Below are positions 1 to 13,768 of a DNA stretch of 64,000 bases, one piece after another; position 1 is the stretch's first letter, and every line of letters starts with the position of its first letter. The notes under the pieces are model-generated. The model saw only the letters and a list, made by a program, of their open reading frames with translations, did not search any database and was not told the origin of the DNA. Location of the stretch: contig JAAILG010000006.1 in assembly GCA_012026655.1 (NCBI GenBank), forward strand, positions 1 to 64,000, read 5' to 3'. The translations under genes and the position numbers were made by a program. Source of the DNA: Hydrolagus affinis (taxonomy: Eukaryota).

Positions 1-176
1 TTCGTGAGGTGGAGAGTGCAGCCTTGGATGTTGAGGCTGGCAGCGCCCGATGTGCGGAGGCGCTGGCTTGAGCCGATCAGGAGGGCCTCGGTCTTACTCA
101 CATTCAATTGCAGGAAATTGTCCCTCGTCCAGGACTCGATGTCGGACAGACATGCTGTCAGAACATCGATGATCAG
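1..176 (-). mobile_element. LINE-2 ORF2 (reverse transcriptase C-terminal region) fragment, 5'-truncated, continuing out of the window
   Basis: Minus frame 176->3 reads LIIDVLTACLSDIESWTRDNFLQLNVSKTEALLIGSSQRLRTSGAASLNIQGCTLHLT without stops. It matches the L2 motif CLxDIxxWxxxNFLxLNxxKTExLLIG. GC/CpG-rich compared with the flanks. Confidence 0.9.
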
Positions 177-208
177 GTACTACATCAAATGCAAGGATTA
201 TTATTACT
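177..208 (+). mobile_element. 3' tail remnant of the tRNA/L2-tailed SINE, abutting the L2 fragment
   Basis: gtactacatcaaatgcaaggattattatta matches the family tail gcgctatatcaaatgcaaggattattatta. Confidence 0.75.
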
Positions 209-1457
209 GTATTATATTCTTAGTCTATACGGTAAATCAGAAAGTCTTGCATTCTATACAGAGTGGTCTTTGTGGATTAATACGAAAAGGATGTTTTGTT
301 CATTTTAATTTGACCAATTTTGAATGGCTGAGCATTGAATAGTCACTTAGCACTGAATTAAAGTGTGAAGTATGTGACGTTAACAGTGAACTTTCGACTG
401 CAGAGTGAAACCGCAGCAGGCTGAGATGGCATTTGTTCATGCAAAGTTGTCTGCAGCAAAATACACAAAGTGCAGAAATCTGCATTAAAAATCCAAGGAA
501 GATTCTGGCTTGAAAGAGAAATAATTTGTGCTCTCGGTATCTTATTTGGGTCTAAGGAAAGGGTTCATTCCAAGCAGAGCAGTGTCCTACTCATTATTTA
601 TCAGAAGCAACAGCTCATCATTCAAGTTTAATCAGCATTCAGGTGGAAGAGTCTGCAGCTACCTGACCAAGAGAACAAGATCAAAAAGATGAGAAGTCGG
701 TTCCTAACAAGCCACGTTCAGTGTGCAATATAAAATGTCGTCTAAGGAAATTCAGAAGCTGTTTGCAGAGAATAAAAGGACTGAACTCTTCAGGTAGATC
801 CAATTTACCATTTAGTACTTGAATATTGCGAAATATGAGTTTTAAGTGAGAGGTTAATCCGCATTGCGTTTTCATATAGTGTCTACAATGTTGAGTGCCT
901 CCAAACACTGTATATGTGGCAGTGCAAATCTGGTTTGAGTCTCTAATCTCTTGGACAATGCCTTAACTGAGTTGTCCCCACCTGCCCACAAATACCCCCA
1001 CTTCTATCTGCCATCCTGAGAAGTCTGACACTTCTCTCTAGCTCTTTCAGGTGTCTTCCTGACATGAAAGGTGCAATATAAATTTAGTTGTATTTTCAGA
1101 GACAGGTTGGTAGTGTGGCACAGTGTAAGACCCAATAAGGAGAACAAAAAAAATAGGTGTTACTCCCCTGATTGCCAGATGAAGGAGCCTTTCCTGTTCC
1201 CTATACTGTTCACTGGGTGAGATAAATAATTAAGGTTGCAAAGGATATGGCTTCCACTTGTAAGAGCTGGTGCCAGACCTTTGCAAGATATTCCAGTGGA
1301 CACAGCATAAATATTTATGATGGGTTAATTATTTTCAGTTATTGCTTGTAAAAATCTAGGGATGAACTACAGCAAAGAATTCACTCACTTAAAAAAAAAT
1401 TCCTTTGAATCATTTAAAAATAATATATTTATGATATTTGCTCTAGTTTTCAATAAT

Positions 1458-1746
1458 AAAATAATCTTTGCATTTGATCTAGCACCTTTCATGCCCAGAG
1501 GATGTCTCAAAGTGCTTCACACAATTCAGTCAAAAGTTTCTCAGCTACATTTGTGTCAGCAAATGTGGCAGCCAATTTGCAAACTGAAATGTTTCATAAA
1601 TAGCTATGCAGTAAATGATCAAGGTTATCAGGGGGGATTATTGGCCAGTTGATCGGGAGAAACTCCTGACTCTTTTCAAATAGTGCCTTAGGATCTTTAA
1701 CAGCCACTTCAACAGGTAGACTGGACCTCTGTTTAAGATCTCATTT
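1458..1746 (-). mobile_element. Old Deu-domain SINE (SacSINE1/AmnSINE1-like)
   Basis: L2-type tail, then gcagccaatttgc, ttggccag..ggagaaactcc..tcttttcaaatagtgcc..ggatcttta and gtttaagatctcat, as expected for a reverse-strand Deu domain. Confidence 0.75.
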
Positions 1747-2675
1747 CATTGTTGGAGGTCATTATGTTTTGGAACAAATGTAGTTTGGTATTTGAATTTG
1801 CCGCAAATCCATAGCTCTGCAAGGAACTCAAATTAGGAATAAACCAGAATCTAATCCCACATCGTTAAAAATGAATGCCAAAATAGTAGCACACTTTTCT
1901 CTCAAAACCAATAGCTTTTACGGTCAGCTCTCTTGTGTTCATTGTGTTTAATGGTTTTTCTCAACCGTAGTGACAAAGAGCTTATATTTGCATCGAAAAC
2001 TATCCGTAAACATTGGATTCTATTACACAAAGATGCCTTTAGCTAAATGCTTGTTTTTTATTCCCGGCATACAGGACTGCTCATGAGGAAAATAATCAAC
2101 CCAGCTCACTTTTAGTTATCTAAAATACACTTTGGCTGATTTTTGTTCATTTTTAATTGTATCTAACTGTTGGCTGAGGAAGCACAAATTCCAGAGTATC
2201 TACCTACAAGGTCAAACAGAATTTAAATGTTTAAATTCCACCATTCAACCCTCCCTGTAGGCTTCTCAATTATTACATCAAAAGATGGAGACTGTCTCCT
2301 TTAACTTTATATTTAAGCAACAATCTAACATCCATTTCATTGTAAAATGCAATTTGGTTCACAATTTAGAGTTTGTAAAATTACATATTGGTGTTGAATT
2401 AATGGATATTTTGTTATGGATTACTTGCAGAAAACGATGGCACTACTGCTTTTACTTAACTCTTGAGGCAATTTCCAGATACTAGCAGTTTGCCTTTGAT
2501 AAGCACTATTAGATTTTATGACCTATTTTCAGTTTAGCTCAATGTGATGTAATTTCAAGCCACTTTGCCTGAGAGAGAATATAGCTGTATAGTTTTGAAT
2601 CATGCAAGTGCAATATCCAGTGTCCCTTAATCTAAGATGTATCTTTAATATAAAAAAACTTGCATTTGTTTTGTC

Positions 2676-2782
2676 ATATACACACACACACACATATATA
2701 TATAAGCCCTTCATAGAGGTTTCTGTAAAATATATATTGTCTATAATATATATATTTTATATATAATATATATTGTTTATAA
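2676..2782. repeat. (AC)n/(AT)n microsatellite and AT low-complexity tract
   Basis: Directly visible. Confidence 0.85.
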
Positions 2783-5489
2783 TTTAAACAAACTGGGCAG
2801 CCAATTTGTACACAGCAATCTCCCACACACAATGTCGTTTTTACTTAGGAGGATTAGTGGTCAGGACATCAGGGGAAACATCTTTTCGAATAGTACCACA
2901 GGATCAATAATGTCCACTTGAACAGGGCTAGCACACATTTTTTTTAATATTGCACTTTGGGGATTATGTTTAGAAGTACAGTTATTGTAAGTGAATATGA
3001 CTGAAACCGTTTGCTGGTGCCATGTGAAATTAACCCAGGGGCTGTGATGAGTTTGAAAGGAGCTCAATCTAAGACAATTTGTTGTGAGCATAAACTCTTT
3101 GCTTGAGAAGTCTGTTGAAGTAAGCGTTGATTACTGGGAAGAGATCGTACCAGAATGATTTTTAAAAAATGCGCAGCTGGCTGAGGGAGGATTTATAATA
3201 CATTGACAATAAAACTACAGATGCCAGTTGCTTTTCATTTTATATACTGTACAACATAACACTTTATATTGTATATAATCACAATGTGCATCTGTTCTCT
3301 TGTCAAAACCATGCAAATCTTTCCATTGCAGAGGGAGGGAGAATGTTATGTCTGTAGAATTGCCTGTTGGTTTGTTGAAGGAGGAAGAGGGAGCAGAGTA
3401 GCAATTAGTCGGCTTTTAATAAAGAAATTGTATTCTTCTTTGGATAGCTATAGTATTTATGAAGCTAAGGGTTGTTTTAAAGCAAACCATTGTTCACTTA
3501 CAAAGTCCACAGTTACAACACTTCACAATATATCCTGTAAAGCACTTTGAGATGCCCTTCCTCTATGAAAGGTGCTGTGTCAAATGTATTATTAATTTTA
3601 CCACCAGGAAACATTGTCTGACCTCATTAGATTTTGGGGAGAAGCTGGGCTTAGAGAGAACACAATTGATGTACTTACAACTAGACTGTTGTGAGATGAA
3701 TTCTTATCTTTGTCTATATATCCATCCTTACAGGATACTGGGAATGCTGACAGCATCCCATGCACATAACCACAAATCACCCCATACCATCACTTATCAT
3801 AGCACAGACTCCCTAACTAATGGTGCTTGTTAAAATAATACAATTTTTTAAGAGAAAGCTGTTACTGTTGTGGGATGTTCACCATGGACACAATAAAGCA
3901 GCAATAGACAGTGGCACACTAGCCATGAACATGTAAAGGGATGTTCGATGTTTAGTCTTGTTTCACCACCGCAGAGCTGTCGAAAATTGCAAGTTTCTGC
4001 ACACGAGTGGCTTCTTGATGGAAGCCTAAAGGCCTAAAATGAAGTCCTTTAGGCCTAAAATTAAGACCTGATTTGTGTCTCGATTGGGATTATGTGGGGG
4101 GGTCTCTGGTTTGCTTCCACGTTGATCTCTGTTATTGACCCACATTGGATGGGAACAAGAAGTTGAGTTTATCACGCTTGGGTTGTGAGCAATCTTCTGC
4201 TTTCTGATGAGAATCCATTTGACTTGTGCAGGGGCTACTTTGTAAAGCTCTCAGGATCCACACTCACTGCCCACTAGGGAGATTACTTGGTACAAGTTTC
4301 AAACTCCGTAACAATTCTGCACAGGGACGCATCTAGTAAATCTTGTAGGAATGCAAAGCAACACTAACCGCAGCCCCTAGTCCTCCAGTAACTTTCTGCG
4401 TCCGTTTGTAAAAGGAATCGCACACTTTAGTAAAATGACTAACAATTTTCCAGCAGTCAGTCACAAGCTCATAGCTCTCAGTCAGCAGATCACATCACTA
4501 ACACTATTTGAGAAAAGAACTGAGACTTCCTAAATCTACAAATTCCCACCAAACGCTCTAATTCTTGGTCTCTTTCAAACTCTTCTATCGTCTCATTTTG
4601 TAGCTGAAATGAAATACAATAGCATAATAGCTATCGCTGAAGTCAATAGCAACATTTATATCCTTAAGGTGAACGCACATTTGCTACAATAAAATAACGG
4701 TGAGGATGGAAATCGATGGATAACTAAAACTTTATTAGTTCAAGGTTGTCTCAAATACAAAATCCTGCGAAGGTAACTCCTGTAAAATTGAATAGAAGCT
4801 TGGTCCAGTTCTGAAGTAGTTAATGTGGGACAAAGGTGAGGAAATGTGTACAGCGAAGGGGCTTATTATTGCCATCAATCACATCCGCATTTGACTGCTT
4901 TCCCAGTCTGGTATTCGCAGAGCACCTTGCAGTAACGCATCATGAATGCTTAATCATTAAACCTACTCAGGCTCTATTTGCCGGACCATCTAACATTGTT
5001 GGGTTAGGAGTTGCTTCACACATCCTTAAACAGCTGACCACTTCACAGCAAGTAACAGCCACAGAACTTAGTGCATTTTCTTTACTAGAAGCAGGACGAG
5101 GAGGTGTACATTAATGTGGCAAGATAACTTTTAAATTTATAATTCATTAGTCTTGCTATGGCTCTTTGCTGCTTTCCTGAGCTTTCTTACCACAGTTAAT
5201 GATGGAGACACTCACACCTGCATTCAGTAATATATATGTAACTGCAAAGCCAGTGACTCAGTAATGGATATTTTCCCTGGCAAAGCTTCTCGACACCTGG
5301 AGTGATTCATCCACCAGATGTTAGCGCTGCATTTGGGTTAACACTTTCTATTAAAATCAGCTTGAAATCAAAGCACCTGAAATGTTCAGGACAAGTCATT
5401 TTTTTGCTGCAACCAAACTTATGATTAGCTTTTAACACCTCGTAACTCCTGGTTATTCTATGTTTACTATTTGTGGGAGTATTTATGCA

Positions 5490-5649
5490 AAGACTGTTTG
5501 TGGGGCCACTGCTGTGTGCAATTGGCTGCCGCATTTCACCCACAAATATAGTCAATTCACTTTATAGTCTATTCTGTGAAGCGCTTTGAGACGTCTAGAA
5601 GATATGAAAAGCGCTATATCAAATGCAAGGATTATTATTATTATTATTA
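5490..5649 (+). mobile_element. 5'-truncated tRNA/L2-tailed SINE (3' half)
   Basis: gactgtttgtggg...aattggctgccgc...gaagcgctttgagacgtctagaag...aaatgcaaggattattattatt. Confidence 0.9.
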
Positions 5650-5719
5650 GTTTGTTAGCTGACTTTGGCCACCACACCTGGAGAGAGGGTACAGATTTTT
5701 TCTCTTTTCTGTAGTATTA

Positions 5720-5895
5720 TTTCACCAACAAAATATAAAGTCAATTCATTTTACAGTATTATTCTGTGAAGTGCTTTGAGATGCCTCGAAGACGTGATAA
5801 CAGTAGCAACAACAAAATATCTGTAATTCACTTCCTTTCACATTGGGAGGATGTCCCAAGGTGCTAAAATCAAATACAAGGATTATTATTATTAT
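5720..5895 (+). mobile_element. SINE 3' half interrupted by an antisense ~60-bp L2 tail (5801-5860)
   Basis: SINE tail split as ...gacgtgataa | cagtagcaacaacaaaat...ggaggatgtcccaag | gtgctaaaatcaaatacaaggattatt. Confidence 0.8.
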
Positions 5896-7239
5896 CAGAT
5901 CGCCCAGAATCTGGCAAATTTATGAATTGAGTCTTAATTTTGAAGTCAGCTTTCCGTAGGTCAAAGAAGAATTTACGAGCAAGACACAAAGTACTGCAGA
6001 TGCTGAAAGACAACTGGCTTCAAAATACAGCCATATTTCGAATGTATCAAATTCTGGATGCTGCATTATGTTATGGTTAATAAAGTTAGACTTAGGTGCA
6101 ATCGTTCCAACACATGTGTTGGTGCCATTGGTTTACCCTTGTAGGTACTGGAAGCCCGTTTCAAATACACACAGCTCTGAATGGTAAACTTCCATTTTGC
6201 GAGGTATTGAAAAGATTGCTGTGTTAGCAATCAACAGAAATCGATCCCTGCGATGACTTGCTAAAAAACACACAAAAACAACCTGCCTCCAAAGTATGGG
6301 TAATACTGTTGGAAATCAGTGGGTAGTAATTTAGCAAGAGTGTGTTGGTGCCACTTTGATTTTTAAAGCTTAGGACCCGATATAAACATTGCTGTCTGCT
6401 GCCCTTGTGTGTTGGACTCTAAACTGAAGAGAATACTTTTCTCTGTGTGGTCAAATGCATTGACCAATAATTATAGCATACATAACGGAAAAATGTGTAT
6501 GTAACTGGCTGCAGAAATCTGAGATTGAAGGGCTGCCATTGTATGTTTTGGCTTCAATTTAGTTGTGTTGAAGGCTCATTGCAGACTATTAGAGCTTTGC
6601 AGGATATTAGATAATATCTGTCCTTTGCACTACAACTACAAGTTGCTAATCTTCATGTTGTTTCCTTTTTTCAGAGTGCACCTAATGCCAAACACTTCTG
6701 GCTATCTTGTCACACAAATTAACAGATAGTAATAAGACACAAATTGAGAATGACTCTTGTAAGTGCTCACTGCTGTGTACTCAAGTATTCTCAGTGTTTG
6801 ACATTGCAGTGCAAACCACTTTGGATCCTGCTATCTCTGTAAATACTGAAGAAAGATGGAGAGTAAATACGTGGATCTGTGGAAGGACATGCCTCAGTGA
6901 TCAAATCATTGAATATTTTTACAATGATTGTTAAGGACTGTCTCACAAATTTGATTGAAATCTTATTATTAAGATGTTGTGTCTCCAAATAAACAACTTC
7001 TGTCAACATTGTTTCCTCAGATATTTAGAGATTAGGGTCAATAGACCCTGCGTATGATTTTATTTTCAGAGCAGTTCCTTAAAAAAAAGTGCTAGTTATG
7101 ATCCTTTTCACATGTCTTACTTACGTATCAGTTATTCATTGGATCCAAATAAAGTGAACCTACAAATAATACTTTCGCCTCATTCCAACGAGCATGCTTT
7201 TGTTTGCTCTGTTCGACAATTATGAGTCAAGCATCTTGT

Positions 7240-7500
7240 CCTATGGGTGAGATGTTAAATCGAGGTCCCAGCCATCTGTTCAGGTGAGTGGCACTATCCA
7301 AAAAGAGAAGTCTCCTGGTTTCCTGGCCAACAATCCCCCAAATAAAAATACATTGTTCACTTCATGGCTGTTTATTGGACATTGCTGTGCGCAAAATTGA
7401 CTCCAGTGTTCACCCATAAAACATACGTCCCTACACTTTACAGTGTATCCTATGATATGCTTTGATCCGTCCTCTGTACAAATGTAAAGGATTAATATTA
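7240..7500 (+). mobile_element. Old Deu-domain SINE
   Basis: gagatgttaaatcgaggtccc...gtggcactat...tcctggccaac...ttgctgtgcgcaaaattg. Confidence 0.7.
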
Positions 7501-8830
7501 TTATAAATATTATAATTCTTAATTATAATTATATTATTATTTATTATAACATATCTCGAGATTGGATGAACGACTAGATGTTGTGTTGTTTTTAATGCAG
7601 ATTTTTTTTCCGCCTGAGAACATAGAGAAATATTTGCCAAATATGTCCTTTCCACTGACAGAAAAAGATGATCTATTAAACATTTATCAAGCTCCTTGTT
7701 GAAATCACACACACCTGTTCATCACCGGCTGATCTTTTATATTAAACAAAACACCCAGGGTAAAATGAAGTTCAAATTGATTTAGGAACCAGTAATGCTT
7801 TTGAAATATAAATTGAATTTAAAAACTCACGAATGCCTAAGTACTTGCATGGTGAAATTTTAAAAAAAACAATAAATTGGATTAAGCCTTCAAAAAAGGA
7901 ATTTACATGACCATGAATTTGGTTCTGAGTTTTTCTTTCTAGTGTTAACAATATGGATGAGATGAATTTCAGATCACTACAAAACCGAAAAAACACTGCA
8001 GTCAAGTAGCTTATATAAAAAAATTCATAGGGCTATAAATATTCATGGATCTCGGTCTCTCTGAAGAATTTTATTTGTCACTTTATTTGTTTTTAAAATA
8101 TATACTGTATATATAAAGTGCCCGTCATATTTGAATTTGCTTTACAATAAAAAAATTGCATAATTTCACAGTCTTTTTGATGAATTACTACACTTTTGTT
8201 GAACTATCTGAATCTGATTGTTCATTTGCTTTATGGATTTCGCACAGCAACATACTGGACTACAATACAGTGCACAGGCCATGCAGAATATCATTAGGAT
8301 AATATAGAGCTTCCTTCAACATTTGAGGATGTTAAAGGTTCACAATTCAACCTAAGTTGTATTGTTATTTATTTTATTAAACCTGTTGGATGCTCCCCTC
8401 CCCCCTCTCCCACCTCCAATAAGATACAAGGTCATCTTGACAGCTATTATTGTGACAGATTGTCTTAATTATACCCTTGAGTTAAAATGCTCAAACATAC
8501 ATCAAGTAAAAATACATCTTAGTGACACACAATGCTATTACACCTTGAAGCTGGAACCTTGTTTGTTAGTGTCTGCAAGGGACAATTCTATCTTAAACAA
8601 ATTAACAACTGATGTAATGTTCATCACCAATTCAAAATATTTTTCCACCGTTGTTAAAAAATGTGTGAGATACAATTTCACCTGGTTTAGGATTAATTCT
8701 GCCGATGCGGCATTTTAGAGAGCACAGAATTTGATAAATTCTTCAAATAGTCTTCAATGTTGAAGCCAGGTTCCTGCGATATCTTTGAAGAATCATGGAA
8801 ACCGGACTTCCGAGTTAAAACTGAACTCTC

Positions 8831-9080
8831 TGATGATGATGATGATGATGATAACATAATAATCCTAGCATTTGATATATAGCGCCTTATCACATGTCTC
8901 AAAACGCTTCACAGAATATACTGTAAAGTGAATTGACTATATATTTTGTGGGTGAAACGTGGCAGTCAATTGTGCATACAGAGCCATATGGAATCAGGAA
9001 ACTAAGGTTTTGTCTCACCCAAAAATTTAACCCGGGTCCTTTATTGGCTAGGCAAGTGCTCTGACCAATACTGAACAGGA
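8831..9080 (-). mobile_element. tRNA/L2-tailed SINE (internally deleted) with adjacent (GAT)n run
   Basis: aataatcctagcatttgatatat...cttcacagaatatactgtaaagtgaattgac...aaggttttg and a degenerate tRNA head near 9030-9080. Confidence 0.75.
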
Positions 9081-10754
9081 TCGTTGGATCAACTATGGTT
9101 AGAAATGAAATGTCGAAATGGAGTCACTCCTCTGTGGCAGTGTCTAATAATGCTACATTAATAGAATAAACTTGGAGCCAGGTTGATTTTCTAAAATCTG
9201 TATTTAGTTTATTTTTCCCTACTATTTACTGCGCAATCTAACACCTTATAAAATTATTAACTTATGTACTTATCTTATGTAAAGTATTTTGATACAGATT
9301 GTTAGATACTGCTTCTTTAAACCAAAATTCCTTAAACAGAAATCTCGCCACCAGGAGCAAAAGCTAGAGCAATTGTATGAAATAATTGATGCAATACAAA
9401 AGTATTTGTATTGTGCCTTTCACGACAGGAGGATGTCCCAAGGCACTCAGCTATATTTGAGCAGTTTGTACTACAGGGAAGTTTTTAACTATATTCTTGC
9501 CTACATTTACATTTTGTTTAAGATTCAAAATTTTGGAAAGATCGAGAAATTAGATCTGTATTACCTAGGATGAAGGGTCAATCGAATAAAAAAAAACACT
9601 TGCTGGTTACATTTTTGCCTGTTCAAATGAAAGCCAACATGAAACAAATAGGATGTTAGGTTAAACAAATATCTATCATGTGGACTGATAAACAAAGAAA
9701 GAAATAATAATTTGTTCACTCAATCCACGTATAGAACACTGTATGTGCAATTGGCTGCTGGCTTTCAGCAACAAAATAGAGGTACATAAACACTTAGTAC
9801 TTGCAGATGATTGACTTGGTATTATGATCCCTCGTTCAAATTGCAACTATGTGGTTAACTTTACAGTATTTCTTAATGCAATACATTTCACAAAATCAAA
9901 CCTGTATTAGCTAGGTGACTCAAAAGACTTGTCTTACAGTACTTTGCTTGAACAGAAGCCTTCATTAGAAAATAATTACCCTGTAGCCTGAAGGGTTCAG
10001 TTTCTATCAGAGTAAAGCCAGTGCAAACATTTTATGCTGATTATGCCTAGAATTGGTATTAGTACAGTTTAAAAAAAATGTTATTCAATACTTTGAGCTG
10101 TTTTATCTTGACTGAATAGTAGAACCCAGAGGATATGGCCAGCAATTGAAGGAGGATGGATTCAGAACAAATGTGTGGAAACACAGTTGATTTCTAAGGC
10201 TGAACAGTTCAGGCAGAAAAAGAAAATTGAAGTTTGTTGGACAAATGACTAATGCACATAAAACTTAATGTAGGATACAAGTGAATTATGCACATCTATA
10301 ATAATGACTGCTATTTCATACATACAATTCAACTTTGATTTAGGAATTTTTTTGGATCCATTAATGTTATCATTTCAAAACTAACATATTAGAGAAAAAA
10401 ATTATCCATTTACATTCTGGAATTTGACCTGAAAGCTACAGTAGAGTGCTGGTATTATGGTTTTGAAATGCAGAGTGAGATCATGTGCACAGTCTTTTAT
10501 ATGTCTGCATGTCATTGCTCATTTACGGAATTCAGATCAAAGATTGCTACCAAGTCAATTTAATAAAGCATTGCCTGCTATTTGGTTTTCATCACCATAC
10601 GCAGTAGTCTCTGGAGTATAATGTTACAGGGAAATTATCCAATCTCTGATGTGGTTCTTTTTTCTTATGTGCTGCTGTTGCCTCTGCTCACATAGATGGC
10701 TTTGTGTCTCTGATTCAGAGTAAACCTTGATCCTCTCAATATGTCACTTAGTGT

Positions 10755-11088
10755 TAGTGGCGCGCTGCATTGTTGGAGATGCCGTTCTTTGGATGAGAAT
10801 TTGAACCGAGCCCCCATCGGCTCGTGCAGGTGGACAGTAAATATCCCGTGGCACTGGTCGAACAGGAAAGGGAATTTCTCCCAATGTCCTGGGCAATAAT
10901 CACCGCAGATTAAATTGATATTTCACTTTATGGCTGTTTGTGGAACATGGCTGTGTGCAAATTGGCTGCCGTGTTTGCTTACAAAATACTCAATCACTGC
11001 ACTACACTGTAAATCCTGTGAAATTTGAGATGTCCTCCGAATGTGGAAAGCACTCCATCAAACAAAAGGTTTAATAGCATTATTATTT
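10755..11088 (+). mobile_element. Deu-domain SINE
   Basis: gctgcattgttggagatgccgttctttggatgag...gtggacagtaaatatcccgtggcact...gctgtgtgcaaattggctgccgtgttt followed by an L2-like tail. Confidence 0.85.
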
Positions 11089-11459
11089 TGAGCTGAGCAT
11101 GTTGCATGCATTTAATTTGCTGATAACCTCCCATTCCTAGGTAAGGTTTACTCGTATGCTGAATGTTACCCGCTGCAAAGCCAAGCGTCAATTTGTAAAT
11201 CAATATTGTTGGAGTTGGATGCTGAGTACAGCTTGTGGAATCATTGCACTGTTTTTGTTTAAAGTGTTGCTGCTCAGGAAGTATCCACTCCATCTGATAG
11301 CTGTAACACTGACAACTTTCCTGTGGTGTTTGGTGAATATCGCTTCACCAGTAAAAAGTGTACATTTTCCATCCTGCTCACCCCCTTTGCTTTTGTTTAA
11401 AACAACATCTTTGTTTCTCTTCAAATGTTCTCTAGTTAAATACTTATTTGATTTTACCA

Positions 11460-11703
11460 TTCCCTTTGGAACTCCATCCCACAGTCCCTCCACCTCGCTC
11501 CCTCCCTCCCTTACCTCCTTCAAGGTCCGTCTCAAGACCGTCCTCTTCAACCGTGCCTTTGGTCACCCTCTTACACCCACCCTTCCTGCCCATCCCTCCT
11601 GATCTCTATCAACCAGGGAAGGTCCAAATCCCTGACTGTTCAATGCCTTGGGACGTACTCTCAACGTGAAAGGTGCTTTACAAATGTAAACTGTTGTTGT
11701 TAT
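11460..11703 (+). mobile_element. LINE-2 3' end (ORF2 terminus, 3'UTR, (GTT)n tail)
   Basis: LWNSIPQSL..SFKVRLKTVLFNRAF motif (frameshifted), stem-loop gccttgggacgt..acgtgaaaggtgc, tail ctgttgttgtt. Confidence 0.9.
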
Positions 11704-13529
11704 TCAATTTTGTTTTACATAACCTTGGACAAATTGTGGCAGTCTAAGCTAATCTGCTTTCTCAAGCAGTAAATAGCTTTGACATGAGAAACAGTTTAGT
11801 CTCTCAGCAGCGAACCGATGATTGCTCCTGCTGCTTAAATGGCACTGTTAATCTGCTTGTGCTGTATCTTCTCTCCCTTTGTTATATTTCTTCATGCGTT
11901 TTTAGTAGAAAAAAGAAGTCTGGGGTCATTGCTGTGGTTATTTATTTGTTTTCCCCTCCCCTTGGTCTTCAGATTGCAGTCTGAAATAATACAGAATAAA
12001 TCTCTATAGAGTGCAAATTATTTAGTTCGGAGGTAACAGTAAAGAGTAGGCTATGTGATGATGTTGTGACATTTGTCAATTATACTCCTTATCCAGCACT
12101 CTTCCATTTCAAGAGGACACCTCAAAGTGCTTCTTCATAGGCTATGCTGTGAAGTGCGGTGACTGTATTTTGGAGGTTAACGTCTACCCGCATGTTAATT
12201 CACTTAGGTGTAACATTCACTTTGAGCTAGAACCATGCAAGCAGACATGCAAAGAGAATTACAGTTTGCCTTTTTGCGATTTACAATGAATAAAAAGGAT
12301 TTTTTTGGTGGTGTTTTGAAGCAGCAACACTTCAGACAATCTGTAATAATCACGTTATATTGCTGTGTTTTGGTATTTCCCAGTGCTATTTTGAACTTTG
12401 AAACATTGAAATACTGGGTAGCATTTCAAATAATAATAATACTAAACTTTGCAATTCATACGCTGCCTTTCATGTCAGGTGGATATCTCAAAGCGCTTCA
12501 TAGGATCTTACTGTAAAGTGCAGTGACTGTATAATGTAGGCAAATATACTGCTCCTTTCCAGAAATATATCTGATGATAGAGTGTCTTACATCGTGATGA
12601 AAACAGGAGCTTGGAAAATATTGCTAAAGGGTCTTATGCACCTTTTAACTAAGCTGAGGAATTTTTGCTTCTGTCCCAGATTTCAAACAGAAATGTTCGA
12701 GAAATAATTCTGAACGTTCCACTCCAGACTTTTCTTTCACGTCATTTTTCTTAACATTTCCCTTAAGAACTATAATTTATATGCTTCACCTTAGCCAGAA
12801 GCAATGCTGACTTTCTGACTGTCCCAAGGGTTTCGGTGAACTTTAATCCCAAAGAGAATTATAAATGTTGAGCCCTTATGTTATGATGCATTATTAAATA
12901 CAACTTTAATCAATCCTTTTCCCCCATATTTCTACCATGACTGTGAATCATTTCAGTTTCACATTTCTAGCAGAACTCATTCAAAGGCCGAATAAATATT
13001 TTGGAACATGCTGTAGCTCGAGCTATGTTTCCTATAAACATTTTACCTCCTACTCACTCATGTGATGACGAGGTTTCTGCAAGGTTCCCTGTACCAATAT
13101 CATCCCTTGACTTTGGATGAAAAAATACTCTCAGCACAATCATAGGCACATTCTGACAGGTTTGTTTTGTGTTTGCATGTTTAAAGGATAAATAATGGTT
13201 AACAGTAGTTTGTTGGGAAGTGATAATACCAATAATAATTAATAATCTTTGGATATTTATATGGTGTGTACCACATTGGGAGGGTATCTCAAGGCATTTC
13301 ACTCAATATGTGAACATTGTTTTTGTTTCCAGGGGCTTCTGAAATGACTCTTCCCAAACCCACAATTTTCGTTTCTCTCAAGATCCATGTTAGGGCACAG
13401 TTCTGCAGATCTAAACATCTCTTCAATACCTTTTACCAAGATGTTGTCCATCATTTTTTAGTCTAGACGTTCAGGTTTGTTCTTTCAGTCTATTCTTTTG
13501 TCCCTTCAGTCTTTTTCAGTCTAAAAATA

Positions 13530-13768
13530 ATAATAACTTGGTCACTCTATCCACGACTGTTTGTGGGACACTTCTGCGTGCAAACAGCTGCTGCGTTTCG
13601 CCCACAAATATGCAGTTAATTCACTTTGCAGTATACAATATATAATATATAGCAACTTTGGATGTCCTACTGACGTGAAAGGCGCTATACAAGTGTAATT
13701 TTGTTGTTGTCGAGACGTCTAGAAGACGTGAAAAGCGCTATATCAAATGCAAGGTTTATTATTATTGC
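13530..13768 (+). mobile_element. SINE 3' half with a nested same-orientation L2 tail (about 13651-13710)
   Basis: SINE body, then an L2 stem-loop with ttgttgttgt, then the SINE tail resumes (gagacgtctagaagacgtgaaaagcgc...ttattatt). Confidence 0.8.

Noticed and set aside
4-342. 112-aa plus-strand ORF
   Set aside because: Antisense shadow of the L2 RT fragment running into a SINE tail.
4030-4070. Short duplication/hairpin aggcctaaaat, and similar micro-duplications near 18672, 19749 and 63885
   Set aside because: Ordinary slippage duplications; not an array.
6675-6758. Exon-like segment with strong acceptor (ttccttttttcag) and donor (gtaagt)
   Set aside because: Stops in all three frames; at most a non-coding exon, with no further support.
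11156-11669. Overlapping ORFs of 148, 116 and 73 aa
   Set aside because: Largely explained by the L2 3' fragment; no gene structure.
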